Shown in pieces: positions 60,201 through 64,000 of a stretch of 64,000 nucleotides of DNA; position 1 is the first letter of the stretch; every line of letters starts with the position of its first letter. The position numbers and the translations under genes were made by a program. Source of the stretch: a virus (lineage: Duplodnaviria; Heunggongvirae; Uroviricota; Caudoviricetes); the IMG/VR virus record IMGVR_UViG_2675903278_000002. The stretch is one strand, 5' to 3'. The notes beneath the pieces are model-generated. The model was not told the DNA's origin and searched no databases. It saw only the letters and a list, made by a program, of their open reading frames with translations.

Positions 60201-62008
60201 CAAGAGATGAAGCGGCGGCTCTTATTGCTAAGGAAAGCGAGGCTCGTGTTGAAGGCGATGCTGCAAACGCTAAACAACTGGAAGTGTTGCAGTCAACGGT
60301 AGAGGAAAGCTCCGCTGCCGTTGAAGAAATGAAAAAGACGGTTGCAGAGGTCGATCGTGCCAGTGCAGAACTGACTACGAACATTGAGGCGTTAGCCAAA
60401 ACAAATATTGACCTGGCTCTTCGTCAAGATGAAGACCAGCACAAGCAGATGGTCAATAACGCGAAGATCGCAACAACACAGAAAACCTTTGCTGATGATA
60501 TGTCTGCAATGGCCACGAAGGTTGAGGAAATTCGCGTAGAAATTGGCGAAGACATTAAGGCCAGTATTCTGGAAGAGTCCACCGCTCGTGCCGATGGCGA
60601 TGAAGCGTTGGCAAAGCGTGTCACTCAGCTGCAATCTAAGTTTGAAGGAGATATCAGCGCGGCGATTAGTACAGAGCAGGAGGCTCGTACATCTGCCGAT
60701 GAAGCTCTGACGACACAGATCACTCAGCTTGAGTCGAAAGTAAGCAACGATATCGTCGCAGCTATTAAGGAAGAGCAAGAAGCCCGAGCAACGGAAGATT
60801 CGGCTCTGGCAAGCCAGATCACCCAACTTCAGGCAAAGGTTGATGATGATATTTCTGCTGCAATACGTAGTGAGCAGGAGGCCCGAGCAAGCGGGGACTC
60901 TGCGTTAGCCAAACAAATAAACCAGCTTCAGTCAAAGGTTGACGGTGATATATCCGCTGCCATCACTCAGGAGCAGGAGGCCAGAGCAAGTGCTGACCAG
61001 GCGCTCTCACGAGAAATTAACAGCCTGCGAGCACAAACCGGAACTGATATTGCCGCAGCGGTTGCTGTAGAGACAAAAGCAAGGACTGATGCCGATAGTG
61101 CATTGTCTACCCAGATTACGTCTCTTACAGCAAAAGCTAATGATCTCGAGGCGTCTCTTGCCAGAGAAACAACGGCTCGTGCAGATGGTGATACCGCTTT
61201 AACAAAAGAGGTTTCAAGTTTAAAAGCACAGACAGCGAAAGATATTAGTGCGGCCGTTGCAGTTGAAACGCAGGCTCGAACTGATGCTGACTCGGCGTTG
61301 TCGTCTCAGATCACCAAGCTGACCTCTCAATACAAAGAGGATATTAAAGCGGCTGTAGCAACCGAAACGAAAACGCGTACAGAGCAAGATGCTGCATTGG
61401 CGACTCAAATCACAAACTTAGAGTCTCAAACGGCAGCCAACATTTCCGCGGCGGTAACAACTGAAACGACAGCGAGAACGCAGGCAGATAATGCTCTGAG
61501 TGGGCGAATCGATACTCTGAAAGCAGAGGTGGATGGAAATACCGCGACAATTCAACAGCAGGCAACAGCTATTGCTGATACCAACAAAAAAGTATCAACC
61601 GCGTGGACGTTGAAAATGGAGACTTCAACGAGCGGAGGGCAGAAGTATGTTGCCGGTATTGCGCTTGGTATTGACACCACTGGGCTATCTCAGTTTTTGG
61701 TTCAGGCGGACAGGTTTGGTTTGGTCAACTCTGTTAACGGGAAGATCACAACGCCATTTGTTATCGAAAACAGTATCGCCTATATGAATGGAGCGTATAT
61801 CAAGGATGGCACAATCACCAATGCAAAAGTAGGCGATCTGCAATCTACCAATTTTGTTAGCGGTAGATCTGGATGGCGGTTCGGCAAAAATGGAACGCTT
61901 GAGATCAACGGTAATAGCGGCGGCAATGGGCGATTGGTTATAAATGGTCAGCGGATTGACGTTTATGACGATAACAACGTCCTACGAGTAAGAATTGGCC
62001 GTCTGTGA
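57281..62008 (+). CDS. Central tail fibre / host-specificity protein, lambda gpJ-like, with inserted coiled-coil repeat array
   Basis: The N-terminal ~850 aa is J-like, with an FN3-type segment. The C-terminus KYVAGIALGIDTTG...FLVQADRFGL is J-like. The start is ATG 57281 or TTG 57275. Confidence 0.9.
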   Translation: MEQFKKKKLPLFIAGAGGKKSSKSSSRTPVEADDTVNSRAMAAILDLLGEGVIGGLVNGARSIFIDDLPIVNEDGSSNFSGITWDFRDGSQDQTPMSGFDFVETPKSVNIQLKKTHYVTVSIDNDEADRVRVIMKFPSLRSIDKKTGDTNGTTVEYKFQIANGDSTFVDVVAEGEKSVGIKLTAKKTGVYYRSYELKLPKPGRAYKVRVVRITDDNSSQYLYNDTWVDSIGEIVDTPMNYPNSVLVGLKVNSEQFGSTMPSRSYLVRGLKIRVPSNYNESSNTYAGVWDGTFKLLSSSNPAWILFDLLTNARYGLGQYVSESMIDLGQLYQIGRYCDEEVDDGFGGKEKRFAINTQITSRQDAYRLIQDIAGAFRGMVFWAGGMVNIMQDSPSDPVMMFTNSNVKDGLFTYKGSARKDRPSVALVTYNNKEDGYKQNIEYVEDQDAMRRYGERKTEVVAFGCTSRGQAHRVGLWLLYTARMESDVITFTAGLDASFLMPGETVLIQNKYRAGKRNSGRIVAFTKNSVTLDAPVSLAKGGCFIRILNQEGKIVERDVLETGENITKVTFSKALSSAETPVLNGVWTITEPDLEPMRVRIVNIAQGETPGSFDITAVENNPSKYEAIDNGATLIPQNTTVLDPTYSKPSNLQITEGTYLSSPGNLSVKLTATWEGKSPEYWISWRRSDENNVSNWQSARVTEEQYEIVNVAENGRYDFQLYAVSFNGKKTEIISAVYQVLGTMTPPDSPTSLTAVGDYRNVILNWVNPDSVDLDHINVYASQTNNLDTAKLIAESASTTFTHAGLGDSETWYYWVRASNKRGMLSPPNSNLGTEATTRDVLSFLTGKITSSELGQALLEDINSKASQEAVDELNEHINQSVESLEGAVNDVKEDIAELDQQFSDNLADFEIKFNERSDALENAQTELKGEVSATIDKVNEAFEKIDATDAAIVEIENTVSEHDKALANTVEAIKAARDEAAALIAKESEARVEGDAANAKQLEVLQSTVEESSAAVEEMKKTVAEVDRASAELTTNIEALAKTNIDLALRQDEDQHKQMVNNAKIATTQKTFADDMSAMATKVEEIRVEIGEDIKASILEESTARADGDEALAKRVTQLQSKFEGDISAAISTEQEARTSADEALTTQITQLESKVSNDIVAAIKEEQEARATEDSALASQITQLQAKVDDDISAAIRSEQEARASGDSALAKQINQLQSKVDGDISAAITQEQEARASADQALSREINSLRAQTGTDIAAAVAVETKARTDADSALSTQITSLTAKANDLEASLARETTARADGDTALTKEVSSLKAQTAKDISAAVAVETQARTDADSALSSQITKLTSQYKEDIKAAVATETKTRTEQDAALATQITNLESQTAANISAAVTTETTARTQADNALSGRIDTLKAEVDGNTATIQQQATAIADTNKKVSTAWTLKMETSTSGGQKYVAGIALGIDTTGLSQFLVQADRFGLVNSVNGKITTPFVIENSIAYMNGAYIKDGTITNAKVGDLQSTNFVSGRSGWRFGKNGTLEINGNSGGNGRLVINGQRIDVYDDNNVLRVRIGRL
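60584..61570 (+). repeat. Ten tandem 99-bp (33-aa) repeats inside the J-like gene
   Basis: Unit starts at 60584, 60683, 60782, 60881, 60980, 61079, 61175, 61274, 61373 and 61472. Unit consensus AR..(G/A)D.AL..QI..L.SKV..DISAAI..EQE. Confidence 0.85.
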
Positions 62009-62038
62009 TGGTGGAAAAAAAATTTTATATCGGTAAAA

Positions 62039-62059
62039 ATAGGTAAGTATTTACTTAAT
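62039..62059. promoter_or_regulatory. Box B palindrome copy
   Basis: ATAGGTAAGTATTTACTTAAT, followed by the hairpin GGCGGG-n9-CCCGCC and AAGGAG. Confidence 0.55.
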
Positions 62060-62101
62060 GGCGGGCAAGGATAACCCGCCAAATCAAGGAGCATATTCAA
62101 C

Positions 62102-64000
62102 ATGTGGTACAGGGAAGGTACTATCACATTTACACAGGGTAGCAATACTCTGGTTGGGGCAGGGACAGCCTGGAACGTAACAGCTAATGGTGTGTTGCCG
62201 GGGATGATCGTCATTGGCCCCGACAATAAGCTGTATGAGATCAAGCGCGTAATAAGCGATACGAATATTGTTCTCTCAGAACCTTATACCGGCGAAACTC
62301 AGTCTGAGGTTCCGTGCCGAATCATTACGACCTATGAAGGCGACTTAACACAGTTTAGCGCGCGCTTTACAGCACTAATGTCGCGTATGTCGGCTGATTC
62401 CAAGTCTATGCGCAGTTGGTTGACTGCTCTGGATGAGGTGACAATCGAGCGTGAAGACGGTACAGAAGTAACCGTTAAGCCGCTAATGCAGATCGTCAAC
62501 GAGCACAACGAAAACGTTGAGTGGTATAAAAATAACACTGACGCGATTGATGCTGCTGGCGACAAAGCTCGTGAGGCGGCGGCCAGTGCTGCCGCAGCAG
62601 CAGAAAGCGCCAATACCGCTGGAGAAAAAGCCTCTCAAGCGTCTCAAAGTGCATCCGCTGCGGCATCCTCACAAAGTGCCGCAAGTGCGAGTGCAACTGC
62701 TGCGAAAAAATCTGAAACGAATGCCGCAGCGTCACAACAATCAGCAGCCACTTCTGCATCCACCGCGACCACGAAAGCGTCAGAAGCTGCCACCTCAGCC
62801 CGGGATGCGGCGGCCTCAAAAGAGGCAGCGAAATCATCAGAAACGAACGCATCCTTGAGCGCCAGTAGCGCAGCTTCCTCGGCAACGGCGGCAGGAAATT
62901 CCGCGAAGGCGGCAAAAACGTCCGAGACGAACGCCAGGTCTTCTGAGACGGCAGCGGGACAGAGCGCCTCAGCTGCGGCAGGCTCAAAAACAGCGGCTGC
63001 GTCGTCTGCCAGTGCCGCGTCAACAAGTGCCGGGCAGGCCTCAGCCAGTGCCACCGCCGCCGGAAAATCGGCAGAAAGTGCCGCATCGTCTGCTTCAACA
63101 GCCACAACGAAGGCTGGCGAAGCCACTGAACAGGCCAGCGCAGCAGCGAGGTCTGCTTCCGCAGCGAAGACATCCGAAACGAACGCGAAAGCGTCGGAAA
63201 CCAGCGCAGAATCATCAAAAACGGCTGCCGCATCGTCCGCCAGTTCGGCGGCGTCATCGGCATCATCTGCGTCTGCTTCAAAAGATGAGGCGACCAGACA
63301 GGCGTCAGCAGCGAAGGGCAGTGCCACGACGGCATCCACGAAAGCAACAGAGGCGGCAGGCAGTGCGACGGCAGCATCTCAGAGCAAAACTACTGCTGAA
63401 TCCGCTGCGACCCGTGCGGAAGCTGCTGCTGATCGTGCTGAAGAGATTGCCGGTGCAGTTGCGATGGAAGACGCAAGCCTTACAACTAAAGGTGTTGTGA
63501 AACTTAGCAGTGCTGTTGATAGCACCAGTGAATCGCTGGCCGCAACGCCAAAAGCAGTTAAAGCAGCCAATGACAATGCGAATAGCAGGGTGCCATCTAA
63601 CCGAAAAGTTAACGGAAAAGCATTGACTGCGGATATAACATTAACGCCGAAAGATATTGGTACTTTAAATTCAGTAACGATGTCTTTCTCTGGCGGGGCT
63701 GGGTGGTTCAAACTGGCTACGGTTACCATGCCACAAGCGAGTTCCATCGTTTACATCGCATTGATTGGTGGCGCTGGTTACAACGTCGGTTCCCCACATC
63801 AGGCAGGCATTTCAGAACTGGTTCTACGAGCAGGCAATGGAAACCCCAAAGGAATTACCGGGGCTTTGTGGAAGCGTACAGCCGTCGGATTAACGAATTT
63901 CGCCTGGATCAACACATCCGGCGATACATATGATATTTACGTTGAGATTGGCAATTATGCGACGAGTGTAAATATCCATTGGGATTGTACTGCAAATGCG
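62102..64000 (+). CDS. Side tail fibre protein, 3'-partial (runs off the window; absent from the ORF track)
   Basis: My hand translation from ATG 62102 is open for 633 codons to base 64000. It begins MWYREGTITFTQGSNTLVG..., has a long Ala/Ser/Thr-rich helical region, and then SLAATPKAVKAANDNANSRVPSNRKVNGKAL, a motif common in lambda Stf/P2 H-type fibres. Confidence 0.85.
   Translation, partial: MWYREGTITFTQGSNTLVGAGTAWNVTANGVLPGMIVIGPDNKLYEIKRVISDTNIVLSEPYTGETQSEVPCRIITTYEGDLTQFSARFTALMSRMSADSKSMRSWLTALDEVTIEREDGTEVTVKPLMQIVNEHNENVEWYKNNTDAIDAAGDKAREAAASAAAAAESANTAGEKASQASQSASAAASSQSAASASATAAKKSETNAAASQQSAATSASTATTKASEAATSARDAAASKEAAKSSETNASLSASSAASSATAAGNSAKAAKTSETNARSSETAAGQSASAAAGSKTAAASSASAASTSAGQASASATAAGKSAESAASSASTATTKAGEATEQASAAARSASAAKTSETNAKASETSAESSKTAAASSASSAASSASSASASKDEATRQASAAKGSATTASTKATEAAGSATAASQSKTTAESAATRAEAAADRAEEIAGAVAMEDASLTTKGVVKLSSAVDSTSESLAATPKAVKAANDNANSRVPSNRKVNGKALTADITLTPKDIGTLNSVTMSFSGGAGWFKLATVTMPQASSIVYIALIGGAGYNVGSPHQAGISELVLRAGNGNPKGITGALWKRTAVGLTNFAWINTSGDTYDIYVEIGNYATSVNIHWDCTANA

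Noticed and set aside
62496-63500. Four long ORFs (62496-63377 minus, 62644-63339 minus, 62517-62858 plus, 63012-63500 plus)
   Set aside because: All fall inside the Ala/Ser-rich repeat region of the side tail fibre gene, which uses a different frame. Their translations are repetitive (P/R/Q-rich or A/D-rich) frame artefacts of GCN/TCN-rich sequence.

Overview
This 64-kb window is a siphovirus-type tailed-phage genome. From gene content alone it most resembles an SSU5/pHCM2-like phage-plasmid of Enterobacteriaceae; I could not run a search to confirm this. Region 1-20.8 kb (+ strand) holds nucleotide-metabolism and replication-accessory genes: nrdA (5'-partial), nrdB, a MazG-like protein, an insert-bearing thyA, folA, a P-loop kinase, a DnaQ-like exonuclease, two amino-methyltransferases, RNase HI, TerB and Ea22-like proteins. 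Region 20.8-24.7 kb holds a LexA-boxed UmuD'-like gene followed by a complete host-type mrp(apbC)-metG block, with phage sequence on both sides. Region 24.7-36.3 kb is accessory. It contains a 1.5-kb ORF-poor tract (A+C-skewed, with a terminator and 22-bp-phased iterons), an array of single-gene cassettes, an AT-rich inverted module, and a minus-strand operon led by a DEAH-type helicase. Region 36.3-39.5 kb holds a ParB-ParB-ABC ATPase-GNAT-wHTH module. Region 39.7-64 kb holds packaging genes, an HK97-type head, a lambda-like tail (tube, G/T, tape measure, M, L, K, I, J) and a 3'-truncated side tail fibre that is missing from the ORF track. Two mutually exclusive intergenic palindrome families, called Box A and Box B here, recur across the window. 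I saw no tRNA, rRNA, CRISPR array, integrase or transposase. Motif coordinates were derived by hand and may be off by 1-2 nt.
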